The notes below the pieces were generated by a model, which made no database searches, was not told the DNA's origin, and was given only the letters and a program-made list of their open reading frames with translations. A stretch of 64,000 bases of DNA, taken from IMG/VR virus record IMGVR_UViG_3300050500_000423, positions 1 to 64,000 of that record. One strand, 5' to 3'. The stretch is from a virus. Its lineage: Duplodnaviria > Caudoviricetes. Below are positions 1 through 8,697 of the stretch, piece by piece. Every line of letters starts with the position of its first letter. Position 1 is the first letter of the stretch. A program made the translations under genes and the position numbers.

Positions 1-1
1 C

Positions 2-157
2 CTTGCGGAACGTCTCGGTGGGAACGACGCCGGATGGTCGCAGGCGATCGTCACGAACCTCGAGACTGCCCGTACCCACTGCCGGGTCGAGCAGTTGCTC
101 GAACTCGCGCAGGCGCTCGACGTAGACGCCTGCGACCTCCTCCCGGAGCCGTCATGA
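2..157 (+). CDS. XRE-family helix-turn-helix protein, C-terminal part (5' truncated by window)
   Basis: Manual translation of frame 2: LAERLGGNDAGWSQAIVTNLETARTHCRVEQLLELAQALDVDACDLLPEPS*; stop overlaps the next ATG (ATGA). Confidence 0.7.
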   Translation, partial: LAERLGGNDAGWSQAIVTNLETARTHCRVEQLLELAQALDVDACDLLPEPS

Positions 158-900
158 CGCACGCCATCGCCATCGTCGACTGCGAGACCACAGGTCTCGA
201 TCCGGACCGGCACGAAGTCTGGGAAGTCGCCGTGATCATCGCGGGCGTCGAGGACGAGGAGGGGAAAGCACCCGCGGACTGCGAGTACCTCTGGCAGCTT
301 CCGGTCCAGAACCTCGATGACGCCGAACCAGCGGCGCTCTCACTCTCCCGGTTCTACGAGAGGCGATGGCCGACCATCGAGCCGTCCGAGCTCGATGGTT
401 CCGCCGCGGGGAAGGCACTCGACGGGTACCGCGACGGCCCCGACGCGATCGAGCGCGTCCTCACCGTGGCGCAGATGCCCGCGTGGGCTTGGCGGTTCGC
501 GGAACTCACGGCAGGGCTGCCCCTGGTCGGGGCGAACCCGAGCTTCGACGCTCGCCGGCTCGATGACCTCATCCGTCGGTACGACGCGTCGCCGGCGTGG
601 CACTACCGGCTGCTCGACATCGAGTCGATGGCCGCGGGCTACGTCCTCGGCCGCCGGTCACTGCTCGAGCAGGAGGACATCGCGCACCTGATCAAGAGCC
701 GCCCGACTCCGGCGACCGTGCCGCGACACCCGGTCTCTGCTCCCCCGCTGAACACGGGAGCGTTCCCGCTGCCCTGGGCGTCGCTACGGACCGTCGCCGG
801 TCTCGTCGGCGTCTCTCGGGCGTCTAGGGGGCGCCACACGGCGCTCGAGGACTGTCGATGGGTTCGGGACATCTGGCGGCGTATTGTCCATGCGTCCTGA
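154..900 (+). CDS. DEDDh 3'-5' exonuclease (DnaQ-like)
   Basis: IVDCETTGLDP (ExoI), GANPSFD (ExoII), HTALEDC (ExoIII); start taken at ATG 154. Confidence 0.85.
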   Translation: MTHAIAIVDCETTGLDPDRHEVWEVAVIIAGVEDEEGKAPADCEYLWQLPVQNLDDAEPAALSLSRFYERRWPTIEPSELDGSAAGKALDGYRDGPDAIERVLTVAQMPAWAWRFAELTAGLPLVGANPSFDARRLDDLIRRYDASPAWHYRLLDIESMAAGYVLGRRSLLEQEDIAHLIKSRPTPATVPRHPVSAPPLNTGAFPLPWASLRTVAGLVGVSRASRGRHTALEDCRWVRDIWRRIVHAS

Positions 901-1264
901 GCTCCGCACCCTGGAGGTCGTCTCGCCCGATTCTCCCGCCCGGATCATCCTCCGGACGTGTGACCCCGAGTTCCTCGACTCTCTGATCGAAGCGAACGAC
1001 GGAGGTCACGGCCGGCCGTTCGTCGTGATCCCGTGGCCGGACCCGGTTCCGATCATCGACAGCGCGCTCGTGTGGGACGCGCAGGTCGGGTGGTTCATAC
1101 GGAACGAGGTCGAGGTCCGCGACGCTCTCCGGACGGCGTTGCTGCACGCGCGTGCCGAGGGGCACTCGTGGCAGGAGTTGTCCCGCCGGTTGCGGCTCGC
1201 GCACCCGTTCGCTGCCCGGTATTACGCCGGGATCACCGGCCGGCAGCACCGGAGGGTGGCGTAG
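890..1264 (+). CDS. hypothetical protein
   Basis: In-operon ORF with overlapping start and stop. Confidence 0.55.
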   Translation: MRPELRTLEVVSPDSPARIILRTCDPEFLDSLIEANDGGHGRPFVVIPWPDPVPIIDSALVWDAQVGWFIRNEVEVRDALRTALLHARAEGHSWQELSRRLRLAHPFAARYYAGITGRQHRRVA

Positions 1265-1602
1265 TGCCCGGCGCCGAGCTACCCGACGAGTCGATTCCCG
1301 GCGAACTCGTCCGGAAGCTCGATGGTCTCGCCGCGAACTGGCGGGTACGAGAGACAGAGGGGATAGCCGACGCGGCTGGTCGTGCCGTCGCGTACGAGCA
1401 TGCTGCCGCGTTGATCCGGCAGACGTTCGTGCTCGCCCCGGGAGAGGGTGTCGCCGTGACATGCCGGGACTGCTCCGCGACGGCGACGCTGACGTTCGTG
1501 GACGTGACTCGTGTGCCGGTCCTCGCGGACGAACTCGTCGGGTGGACGTTCGCGCCGGCGCGGTGCCCACGCTGTTCGATCGCGGCGCGCGCGACGGGTT
1601 AG
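1264..1602 (+). CDS. hypothetical protein with CxxC...CxxC zinc ribbon
   Basis: GTG overlaps the upstream TAG; CRDC and CPRC motifs. Confidence 0.55.
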   Translation: MPGAELPDESIPGELVRKLDGLAANWRVRETEGIADAAGRAVAYEHAAALIRQTFVLAPGEGVAVTCRDCSATATLTFVDVTRVPVLADELVGWTFAPARCPRCSIAARATG

Positions 1603-2159
1603 CCCTGCTCCAAGTCCGCGAGTCGGTCGCGGGTCGCCTTGATCCGTCCGGAGAGGTTCGACAGGGCGTACGCGGGGAACGCCCCACCGGCACGCAGTTG
1701 GTACGGGGCGCTTCCCGCGATCCTGAGTAGGTCAGCGCGTTGGGTCTCATCGAGGATCGAGGTATCGGCTGCGTCCTTCCGGCACGTCGCGTTGTACCGC
1801 TTGATCCGGTCGCGTTGCCCCTCGAGGTCAGCGAGCTTCGCCGTGAGGCGCTCGCGTGCGTCGGGGTCGTCTCGGTAGATCGCACGGTCCGCGGCAGCGT
1901 CGATCGAGTCGGCACGCCGCCGTTGCTCGCGCGCCTTGTCGCTGGTCTCGATCGAGCGACTCATCGTCCGACCGATCCGGGACCGGTAACGCCGATCGCG
2001 TCCCTCCGAGTGATGCCCCACCAGGATCGGTTGCCCGAACGGAATCGCGTCGGCCATCGCGCGTGCTGTCTCGCCCGCCGCCGCCGCCTTCGCATCGTTC
2101 TTCTCTGCCCACCCGCGAAGCCGTTCGGCTCGTGCTCGTCGTCGATCGCGGTACGTCAT
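1599..2159 (-). CDS. DUF3560 domain protein
   Basis: Hallmark IPFGQPILVGHHSEGRDRRYR; RBS GGAGG upstream of ATG 2159. Confidence 0.85.
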   Translation of the reverse strand: MTYRDRRRARAERLRGWAEKNDAKAAAAGETARAMADAIPFGQPILVGHHSEGRDRRYRSRIGRTMSRSIETSDKAREQRRRADSIDAAADRAIYRDDPDARERLTAKLADLEGQRDRIKRYNATCRKDAADTSILDETQRADLLRIAGSAPYQLRAGGAFPAYALSNLSGRIKATRDRLADLEQG

Positions 2160-2183
2160 CTCGCCCTCCACCCCTGTCGCCGC

Positions 2184-2204
2184 ACTGGATACGCCAACTA
2201 TACA
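2184..2204 (-). promoter_or_regulatory. Repeated phage promoter motif, copy 1 (TGTATAGTTGGCGTATCCAGT)
   Basis: Extended -10-like TGTATAGT followed by a conserved tail; identical copies at 6214-6234 and 41684-41704; RBS and start codon downstream. Confidence 0.7.
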
Positions 2205-2263
2205 GGAGAGGTGGGGAGGGGGGGTACGCCGCCGGGGTCGAACGAGCGGCTAGGGTCTCGTCC

Positions 2264-2349
2264 GACCCCGAACCTACTTAGTAGGTACGGGGTCGCCTCG
2301 CGCTCGGGAACAGACGGGGGACGTTCCATTCCCGAGCGAAGAGGCGACC
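2264..2349. promoter_or_regulatory. Overlapping inverted repeats in the leader of the Rpf genes
   Basis: GACCCCG/CGGGGTC enclosing ACCTACTTAGTAGGT (2264-2294); GGTCGCCTC..CGCTCGGGAA/TTCCCGAGCG..GAGGCGACC (2291-2349). Confidence 0.35.
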
Positions 2350-2374
2350 TATCGCCGGACACGGAGCTGACCCG

Positions 2375-3004
2375 ATGCCACGACGACGCCGTAGGAATCT
2401 ATCTCTCGTCGCCGCGCTCTGCGCGGCGTTTGTCGTTCTAGGAGCCGCTCTCGAGGCGGGGTCCTTACCGCCGTCCGATCCACGACCGCGCGCCGTGCAG
2501 GAGGAGTCGCAACCGGCGCCACCACCGATCCTGTCGGGTCCCGGCCCGATGTCTCTGTCCTTCGTCGGGATGCAAGCGCACTACGAGCATCTCGAACAGG
2601 AACGGCTCGCTGCTATCGCGGCCGAGGAAGCCGCCGCACGCGAGGCGTCCGCCCGCGCCGAAGCCGAAGCGGCCGCCGCCGCGGCTGCCGCGACGGCTCG
2701 AGTGCAGCCAGCACCATCGAACGCGACGCCGGTCATCACGTCCGGCAGCGTCGGGGACTTCCTCGCCTGTACCCGCGCGCATGAGTCCGACTCGGCCGGC
2801 GGCTACAGCGCCGTCTCTCCGGGCGGCACCTACCGCGGTGCTTACCAGTTCGTGCAGTCGACGTGGGATGGCGTCGCCGCAGGCAGTAATCGGCCTGATC
2901 TCGTCGGGGTCGACCCGGCGACGGCGAGTCCCGCAGACCAGGACGCGATGGCAGCGAGCCTCTACGCGGCGGCAGGGAACCGCCCGTGGGGTGGACGGTG
3001 TTAG
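2375..3004 (+). CDS. rpf: Secreted Rpf-like lytic transglycosylase
   Basis: N-terminal signal/TM, Ala-rich linker, then FLACTRAHES...YRGAYQFVQSTW...ASPADQDAMA...PWGGRC. Confidence 0.85.
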   Translation: MPRRRRRNLSLVAALCAAFVVLGAALEAGSLPPSDPRPRAVQEESQPAPPPILSGPGPMSLSFVGMQAHYEHLEQERLAAIAAEEAAAREASARAEAEAAAAAAAATARVQPAPSNATPVITSGSVGDFLACTRAHESDSAGGYSAVSPGGTYRGAYQFVQSTWDGVAAGSNRPDLVGVDPATASPADQDAMAASLYAAAGNRPWGGRC

Positions 3005-3567
3005 CCCGCCGGCTCGGTGCCGTCCTCGTTGCTCTCGCAGCCGTGGTCGTTGGCGTCGCGACGACGGACTCGGCAGCCGAGCGGCCGTCCCGCGTACCGA
3101 TCGTCGACGCTCCCGCGCGTGCCGTACGGCCGCTCGCGCCCGAGCGCGGGACGGAGCTCGACCTCGATGACCTCATCCTGGCGTCGTACGAGCAGCAACG
3201 CATGACCGAGGAAGCCGCGGCGTATGTCGCGGCACTCGCGGCGGCTCAGGCAGCCGAGGAGTACCGGAATCGCATCCCGACCGATTGGGCGCTCTGGGAA
3301 GCCGTTCACGACTGCGAGCAGCCACCCGGCACGGGCGGTCCTGCGGGGCCGTGGTACGCGAACGGTGGGAACGCGGCGGACCCCGCGGGGCAGACCTTCC
3401 AAGGCGGTCTCGGGATGAGCACCGTCGCATGGCAGATGGCCGTCGCTGCTGCTCGCGCGCGCGGGGTCGAACTTCCCCTATCGGCACTCGCCGCGACGCC
3501 GGAACAGCAGATGATCGGCGCGCAGGCGTTCTATGACGCCCACGGCGACGGGTGGGGTTGCCTCTAG
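2998..3567 (+). CDS. Second, divergent Rpf-like transglycosylase
   Basis: Signal peptide; WEAVHDCEQ...FQGGLGMS..AW...ATPEQQM..AQ.....GWGC matches the Rpf domain pattern. Confidence 0.68.
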   Translation: MLARRLGAVLVALAAVVVGVATTDSAAERPSRVPIVDAPARAVRPLAPERGTELDLDDLILASYEQQRMTEEAAAYVAALAAAQAAEEYRNRIPTDWALWEAVHDCEQPPGTGGPAGPWYANGGNAADPAGQTFQGGLGMSTVAWQMAVAAARARGVELPLSALAATPEQQMIGAQAFYDAHGDGWGCL

Positions 3568-3863
3568 AGGACTAGGCGGACCGTCATCCCCGGAGAGGCG
3601 AGACCCGGCTCCCCAAGCGTGAGCGACGCGTACGCCCCCGCGCTGTCGCGGCGGGAGCGGATCGACACGTACTGCGGTCCAGACTGGAAGCCGAACGAGC
3701 AGCACCGGCACCACGCGTACTCGTCGGAGCCGGGGTCGAGGACCCCGACGCCGCGGGGGTTGCGGAGAAGTGGTTCCCGACACCACGGGCAGACGCCTTC
3801 CCCTACGAGCGCCTGCACGTCCCGGGGCGCACGCTCAGAGAGCGAGTGCTCGCACGAGCTCAT
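3564..3863 (-). CDS. hypothetical Cys-rich protein
   Basis: ATG 3863 overlaps the upstream stop; CPWC and CRCC motifs. Confidence 0.5.
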   Translation of the reverse strand: MSSCEHSLSERAPRDVQALVGEGVCPWCREPLLRNPRGVGVLDPGSDEYAWCRCCSFGFQSGPQYVSIRSRRDSAGAYASLTLGEPGLASPGMTVRLVL

Positions 3864-4261
3864 CGGCGGGGTCCTCGCGCGATCCTCGGTCCGAGTTTCT
3901 CGATCATCGCCCGAGCCTCGGGACCCGGGTTGTCCACATCGCGCTCGCCGTGATCTGCCGCGGCGTGACCGGTCGGCCAGAGTTCGACGGCGACGTCGTC
4001 GTAGCGATCCTCGTCGCGGACGCGTCCCTCGAGGACGGCGATACGCGCAGCGGCGCTTTCCCGAGCTACGGAGAGCCATCCGCGGCAGACGGTCTCCTCG
4101 CCGGTCACGAGCTGCTGGTGGCAGTGGAACGGGGCGAAGGACTCTTGCGGGTCGTCGTAACCCCGGAGCTTCTCGTACTCGTCGCGGGTCCAGACGCCGG
4201 AGGGCACGTCGCGACGGTAGGGACACGAGGGGCACGGGACGGGTGGGACACGGAGCGTCAC
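3860..4261 (-). CDS. DUF6283-like Cys/His protein
   Basis: PCPSCPYRRDVPSGVW...EYEKL..YD...FHCH...CRGW. Confidence 0.62.
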   Translation of the reverse strand: MTLRVPPVPCPSCPYRRDVPSGVWTRDEYEKLRGYDDPQESFAPFHCHQQLVTGEETVCRGWLSVARESAAARIAVLEGRVRDEDRYDDVAVELWPTGHAAADHGERDVDNPGPEARAMIEKLGPRIARGPRR

Positions 4262-4851
4262 CCGTCGTCCTCGGAGCACATGAGGCAGTTTCCGTCCTCG
4301 TCGGCGCAGTTCGAGCAGAGACTCTCCCCGCACGTCGCGCACTCGCCATCCGCGGCGACGGTCCCGGCGACGACGCTTCCACCGATGCCGAGGTACCCGG
4401 CCGGAGCGAGACACCCGGCGTTCACGGTCGAGCAGGTCGCGACCTCGGCGTCCTCTTCCTCGTTGGGGTCCCACGTCGCCGCGGTTCCCCCCTCGGGTAC
4501 GAGCGGCCAGACGGAGAGCGACCAGACGGCCGGTCCTTTCGACGCGAGCTCATCGAGATCGGCGCCGCCGAACCGGGCGGCACCACGAAGCCAGTTCGTC
4601 GTGCCGCCCGCAGCGAGGACCGCCTTCGCTGCGCCGGCGCACATCGGCCCGGTGTGGACGACGACGTACTCGCCCACCTCGTCGGGTGCGTCGTCGCTGT
4701 ATTCGACCTGCTCGTGGCAGTGGAACACCTCGTCTCGGAGGACGAGGGCGTCCACGATCTCGCGACGCCGGTCGGCACGGAGGTAGATCGGTACGTCGCT
4801 ACGGAACGGGCACTTTCGGCACGCCGCCTTCGCGACCATGAGGTCAGGCAC
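4258..4851 (-). CDS. Cys/His-rich protein related to the neighbouring DUF6283-like gene, with C-terminal zinc finger
   Basis: CRKCPFRSDVP...FHCH...CAG, plus CATCGESLCSNC. Confidence 0.58.
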   Translation of the reverse strand: MPDLMVAKAACRKCPFRSDVPIYLRADRRREIVDALVLRDEVFHCHEQVEYSDDAPDEVGEYVVVHTGPMCAGAAKAVLAAGGTTNWLRGAARFGGADLDELASKGPAVWSLSVWPLVPEGGTAATWDPNEEEDAEVATCSTVNAGCLAPAGYLGIGGSVVAGTVAADGECATCGESLCSNCADEDGNCLMCSEDDG

Positions 4852-5317
4852 GAGCGGTCTCCTCTGCGAGGACCGCGGCGACGAGCGCGCGGCCACCTTC
4901 GGTGTACGCCTGCTGCGACCAGTCGATCGGCCATCGTCGCATCGCTTCGTGAACGAGTCGCCGGCCGATCCCGCGTCGTCGCCGGTTTGGCCGGACGAAC
5001 ACGTTCACGTTCCCGGCACGCTCGAGGATCATGCCGTTGAGTTCGTGCTCGTCGTTCGGGTAGTGGTTCAGCACGCCGACGAGGTGCCCCTTCCGGTTCC
5101 GGTAGAGGATGCAGTCGACCTCCGAGTGGTAGGTGCCCTTCCCGACGCGGATCGCGCCCGTGAGATCGCGACCGAGGACGGGACCCGTCCCGATCGTGAT
5201 GGCGAACCGCTCGTAGTGGAATCCGTGCGGCCCTACCTTCGGGTACTGCCGGACTTGCGATTCCCACGTGAGGAACCCCTCGCCGGGGACGGTTACCTCG
5301 GGAAGCTCGACCGTCAT
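4844..5317 (-). CDS. GNAT-family acetyltransferase
   Basis: Motif A VFVRPNRRRRGIGRRLV; ATG 5317 overlaps the upstream TGA. Confidence 0.7.
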   Translation of the reverse strand: MTVELPEVTVPGEGFLTWESQVRQYPKVGPHGFHYERFAITIGTGPVLGRDLTGAIRVGKGTYHSEVDCILYRNRKGHLVGVLNHYPNDEHELNGMILERAGNVNVFVRPNRRRRGIGRRLVHEAMRRWPIDWSQQAYTEGGRALVAAVLAEETARA

Positions 5318-5652
5318 CGGAAGGTGTCCTTCGTGGTCTCCCACCGTGTGATCGCCTTCGGGTAGGGACACGCTGCGGGGTCGGCTCCGAGTAGGAGCGC
5401 AGCGACAGCGAGGTCCTCCCGGGTGGAACGGTCGGCACCGGTGGCGAACTTCTCGGTCGTCATCCGCTCGAGCGCGTTGTGTGCGTCCGCGATGAGACGG
5501 AGAACCTCCAGCCGTGCTGACCGTCGCCGTTGGAGACCGGCCGCGATGAGGTCGATGACCCGCGCGATCTGGTCTCGGCTGGCTGCGTCTGCGAGTTCGT
5601 CGTAGTCGGTAGTCGTCGCGCTCGCGACGTAGCGGATCGTCTCGTTGTTCAT
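5314..5652 (-). CDS. hypothetical protein
   Basis: In-operon ORF starting MNNETIRY. Confidence 0.55.
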   Translation of the reverse strand: MNNETIRYVASATTTDYDELADAASRDQIARVIDLIAAGLQRRRSARLEVLRLIADAHNALERMTTEKFATGADRSTREDLAVAALLLGADPAACPYPKAITRWETTKDTFR

Positions 5653-5663
5653 TCGGCAGCCTT

Positions 5664-6011
5664 CTAGCTCGGGTTCCGGCCGTGCCGGAACGGACAGGTC
5701 TCGTAGTCGGTAGGGAGGTCGTGGCCGCGTTCGCGGTCCCACGCGATCGCCCACGGCGCGTGCGACGGGTAGGGGCACCACTCGACGCCGGGGTTCGCGT
5801 CGCGTTCCGCTCGCCGCGCCGCGGCGCGCGCGAGGGCGTCGAGGCGGCGCTTCCCGTAGTCGATCGCGTGGTTGGTCGAGAGGAACGACTGCCGGACGTG
5901 CCGGTCTCCGATGACGAGATAGACCGCGCCGTGCTCGCCGGAGGCTTCCAGCGTGACGCCGCGGTACTCGTGCGTCGAGGTCCGGACCGCCGTCGCGTAT
6001 CGGGCGCTCAC
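5664..6011 (-). CDS. hypothetical protein
   Basis: In-operon ORF overlapping the upstream stop. Confidence 0.55.
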   Translation of the reverse strand: MSARYATAVRTSTHEYRGVTLEASGEHGAVYLVIGDRHVRQSFLSTNHAIDYGKRRLDALARAAARRAERDANPGVEWCPYPSHAPWAIAWDRERGHDLPTDYETCPFRHGRNPS

Positions 6012-6193
6012 CACGCACGAACGATCGTGACGTGGAACTCCGATCCGTCGCTGAGCTTGACGACGAGCCCCTCGTTCCTCGTCAAGACGCCGTACTCCTT
6101 GAAGGTCGAGATGTTCGACACGTGCTCCCCGAGGGGTTCGTCCGTCGACTGGACGGCCTCGCGGAGGGCTTCGCAGAACTCGGTCTCGGTCAT
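6008..6193 (-). CDS. small hypothetical phage protein (first gene behind promoter copy 2)
   Basis: RBS GAGGAG; MTETEFCEAL...STFKEYGVLTRNEGLVV. Confidence 0.62.
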   Translation of the reverse strand: MTETEFCEALREAVQSTDEPLGEHVSNISTFKEYGVLTRNEGLVVKLSDGSEFHVTIVRAW

Positions 6194-6213
6194 CTCATGC
6201 TCCTCATCGCCGT

Positions 6214-6234
6214 ACTGGATACGCCAACTATACA
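6214..6234 (-). promoter_or_regulatory. Repeated promoter motif, copy 2
   Basis: TGTATAGTTGGCGTATCCAGT, identical to copy 1; heads the 6193->3564 operon. Confidence 0.7.
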
Positions 6235-6267
6235 CGGGCGGCTCCGCGGAGTCGAGTACGGGGTAGC

Positions 6268-6696
6268 GTGGATGGTGTGGGAACGTCCGTTCTGACCGGT
6301 CCCCGGGCGGTGCTCTGGGTCGATCCTGCCGACTGCTCCCTCGCCTACGGCCCGAACGAGGACGGCCGCTGCGAGTGGGACGGCCGGCAGGTTCCCCGCG
6401 GGCGAGCTCGCTGGTGCTCGCCCGCCTGCGAGCAGGCATTCGATGAGGCGCACCTCTGGCCCCTCGCCCGTCCCGCCGCTGTTCGCCGCGCCGCCGGGCG
6501 GTGTATCCGCTGCTCCTCACGAGCGGATATCGAGGTTCACCACGACCCCCCTGTCCCCGCTGTCGGAGGGTACGAGGCGTCCTGCGCCCATCACCCCGAC
6601 CGGCTGCACGTTCTGTGCCGGAAGGATCACCAGGCGGCGCACCGGAACCTCCGGGCGAAGCCGGGAACGCAACTGACGCTGTTCCGGGCTGCCTGA
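6268..6696 (+). CDS. HNH endonuclease-like protein
   Basis: CIRC..RADIEVHH...LHVLCRKDH zinc/HNH pattern. Confidence 0.62.
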   Translation: MDGVGTSVLTGPRAVLWVDPADCSLAYGPNEDGRCEWDGRQVPRGRARWCSPACEQAFDEAHLWPLARPAAVRRAAGRCIRCSSRADIEVHHDPPVPAVGGYEASCAHHPDRLHVLCRKDHQAAHRNLRAKPGTQLTLFRAA

Positions 6697-6706
6697 TCGG
6701 ATGGGC

Positions 6707-6748
6707 TAGCAACCCGCTCCCCCGCCGTGTATAGTTCGCGTATCCAGT
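6707..6748 (+). promoter_or_regulatory. Repeated promoter motif, copy 3 (TAGCAA-N17-TATAGT + TCGCGTATCCAGT)
   Basis: 17-bp spacing; 6728-6770 nearly identical to 30708-30750; RBS GGAGG then ATG 6776. Confidence 0.72.
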
Positions 6749-6775
6749 ACGGCGAACGACTTGACGGAGGAAGCG

Positions 6776-7060
6776 ATGACCGACCCGATGATCGACCACG
6801 CACAGACGACGACGGATCTCTACCTCTCCCGCGGTGGACGCGTCTCCTGCGGAAAGCTCGGCTGTATCGGCTCGTCCGCGTTCGCCGCACTCGCGGCGGA
6901 CCCGACGGCCAACCTTGTCGAGACCTCGCTCGACGCGTGGGTCCGCGCGACGGAGGGCGACAACGACGCGTGGCGCGAAGTGATGGACGGAGCGGACCTC
7001 GCCTGCGAGACCTGCGGTGAGACGTTCCGCACCGCTGCCGATGCCGGAAAGGACGCCTGA
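6776..7060 (+). CDS. hypothetical protein
   Basis: RBS and ATG directly behind the promoter. Confidence 0.6.
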   Translation: MTDPMIDHAQTTTDLYLSRGGRVSCGKLGCIGSSAFAALAADPTANLVETSLDAWVRATEGDNDAWREVMDGADLACETCGETFRTAADAGKDA

Positions 7061-7485
7061 TGGGCAACCACCACATCTCGTCGGATGACTCACTGAACCC
7101 CGCGCTCGCGGACGAGGTCGCGTCGCTTCGCGGCACGATGCTCGACGCTGCCGAGACCGCGCCGCTCTCGGATCGGTACCTGACGCGACCGCACCCGGAC
7201 CGAGCGGCGATGGTGCTCACGGACCGAGTGACCGGCCGGACGACAACCGTCGGTCTCTACGCATACAGCGAGGTCCGCGAGGCGCTTACGGACCTCTTCG
7301 GTGAGGAACCGAAGCTCACGGCCGACCTGTTCTCGGTACTCGTTCGTGGTGCTCGAGCGCACCACCAGCGGCTCGAGGACGGCGAGTGCGCCCTCGCGTA
7401 CGAGGGCGAAGAACTCGATCTCGCAGCGGCGCTCGCGGTCGTCGCGTACGTCCCTGATGTCGACTGCTACGGCAACCCGACGTGA
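7060..7485 (+). CDS. hypothetical protein
   Basis: TGATG overlap with the upstream gene. Confidence 0.6.
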   Translation: MGNHHISSDDSLNPALADEVASLRGTMLDAAETAPLSDRYLTRPHPDRAAMVLTDRVTGRTTTVGLYAYSEVREALTDLFGEEPKLTADLFSVLVRGARAHHQRLEDGECALAYEGEELDLAAALAVVAYVPDVDCYGNPT

Positions 7486-7829
7486 GTCTCCTGCCCTGTC
7501 GGAACTGCGATGAGGCGTCCGTCGTGGATGAGCACGGCTGCTGTATCCACTGCGGAGCGCCACGATCCGAGCCGCGCACGCCGGAGACGGACTTCCTGAC
7601 GGTCGCGGTCCTGACCGCGGCGATCGACGGCGGCGACGACGCTCTTGCGTCTGTCGCTCCGTTGCTCCCCGAGGACTTCTACGACTCCGCCCTCATCCGG
7701 GGGATTGTCGCTCTCTCCGGTGCGATGCTCCGCTCAGCCCGCGACGCCGGGTACCCGGTCGTGACGATCATGAGCGAGTGGGCGATGATCGAAGTCGAGC
7801 AGCATCGCCGGGAGACCGACGGTGACTGA
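7482..7829 (+). CDS. hypothetical protein with N-terminal zinc ribbon
   Basis: CRNC...CIHC; GTGA overlap. Confidence 0.55.
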   Translation: MSLLPCRNCDEASVVDEHGCCIHCGAPRSEPRTPETDFLTVAVLTAAIDGGDDALASVAPLLPEDFYDSALIRGIVALSGAMLRSARDAGYPVVTIMSEWAMIEVEQHRRETDGD

Positions 7830-7871
7830 CCGACCGGCGGTAGGCTCCGTCCCGATCCTCGGGGCGTTCGG

Positions 7872-8037
7872 CTGGCAGCCTTCCGCCTGTCGAGGGATCT
7901 CTCCGCCCGTGGACCCGCTGGGCCCCCTCCGAGTTCGTCGTACTGGAGTCGGCGCTCATCGGTGGCCCTCGGGTCCGCGGCGGGGAGGAATCGTTAGCGT
8001 CGTACCCCGGTCGTATCGTCACCGTCGAGGCTGCCAG
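7872..8037 (+). ncRNA. Candidate structured RNA/leader
   Basis: Nested complementary arms CTGGCAGCC (7872-7880)/GGCTGCCAG (8029-8037) and 7901-7917/7970-7987. Confidence 0.28.
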
Positions 8038-8270
8038 TGACGACGGATACCACGATCCCGGAGACGCCGCGACCGGAGCGACCGGTCCGCTTCCTTCACG
8101 GGTCACGCCCGAATGGCTCCCACGTCTGGATGCCGTTCCGTACCCGCGCCGAGTTCCGCACCCACCGGGAACGGACTGTGCCGTTCGCGCCCGACGACAC
8201 GACGTGGGATATCACCACGACCGACCAGCCAGCCGCGCCCGAGCGCGCGGAGGAGGAACCTGTCTCGTGA
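8037..8270 (+). CDS. hypothetical protein
   Basis: In-operon ORF. Confidence 0.5.
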   Translation: MTTDTTIPETPRPERPVRFLHGSRPNGSHVWMPFRTRAEFRTHRERTVPFAPDDTTWDITTTDQPAAPERAEEEPVS

Positions 8271-8695
8271 CGCACCGACCGATGCCGCGCCGGAACGCCT
8301 ACTGCGACCCGCTGAGCATGTCGCAGGACGGCTCCGGCGACGGAACCCCGCTCACGGACCCGCCGCCCGGGACCATCCCGAACGTCGTCACGTCGCTGAT
8401 GCCCGACGGTCTCCACGCCCCGGTTCTCGACATCGACTTTCCCGCGTTCGTCGTGCCGTCCTCGACCCCCGGGCACTTCCACCTCTATCTCGACAAGCCG
8501 ATCGAGTGGGACGCCTACGAGGCGCTCCTCAAGGCGCTCTGCCGCGCCGGGGTCCTCTCGTTCCACTACACGGAGCACTCGATCCAACGCGAGCAGACCG
8601 TCGTCCGGATGCCTTGGGTCGACAAGGACCCGACGCCTGGACCGCACGCCGCGCCGTCGGTCGCCGCCCTTCCCGATACCAAGGAGCCGTTCTGA
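8267..8695 (+). CDS. hypothetical phage protein
   Basis: RBS GGAGG; HAPVLDIDFP...STPGHFHLYLDKPIEW. Confidence 0.62.
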   Translation: MTHRPMPRRNAYCDPLSMSQDGSGDGTPLTDPPPGTIPNVVTSLMPDGLHAPVLDIDFPAFVVPSSTPGHFHLYLDKPIEWDAYEALLKALCRAGVLSFHYTEHSIQREQTVVRMPWVDKDPTPGPHAAPSVAALPDTKEPF

Positions 8696-8697
8696 CC

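Noticed and set aside
2291-2374. Firm call of a c-di-AMP riboswitch
   Set aside because: Only two short words match and the multi-stem ydaO architecture could not be built by eye; kept as a low-interest lead.
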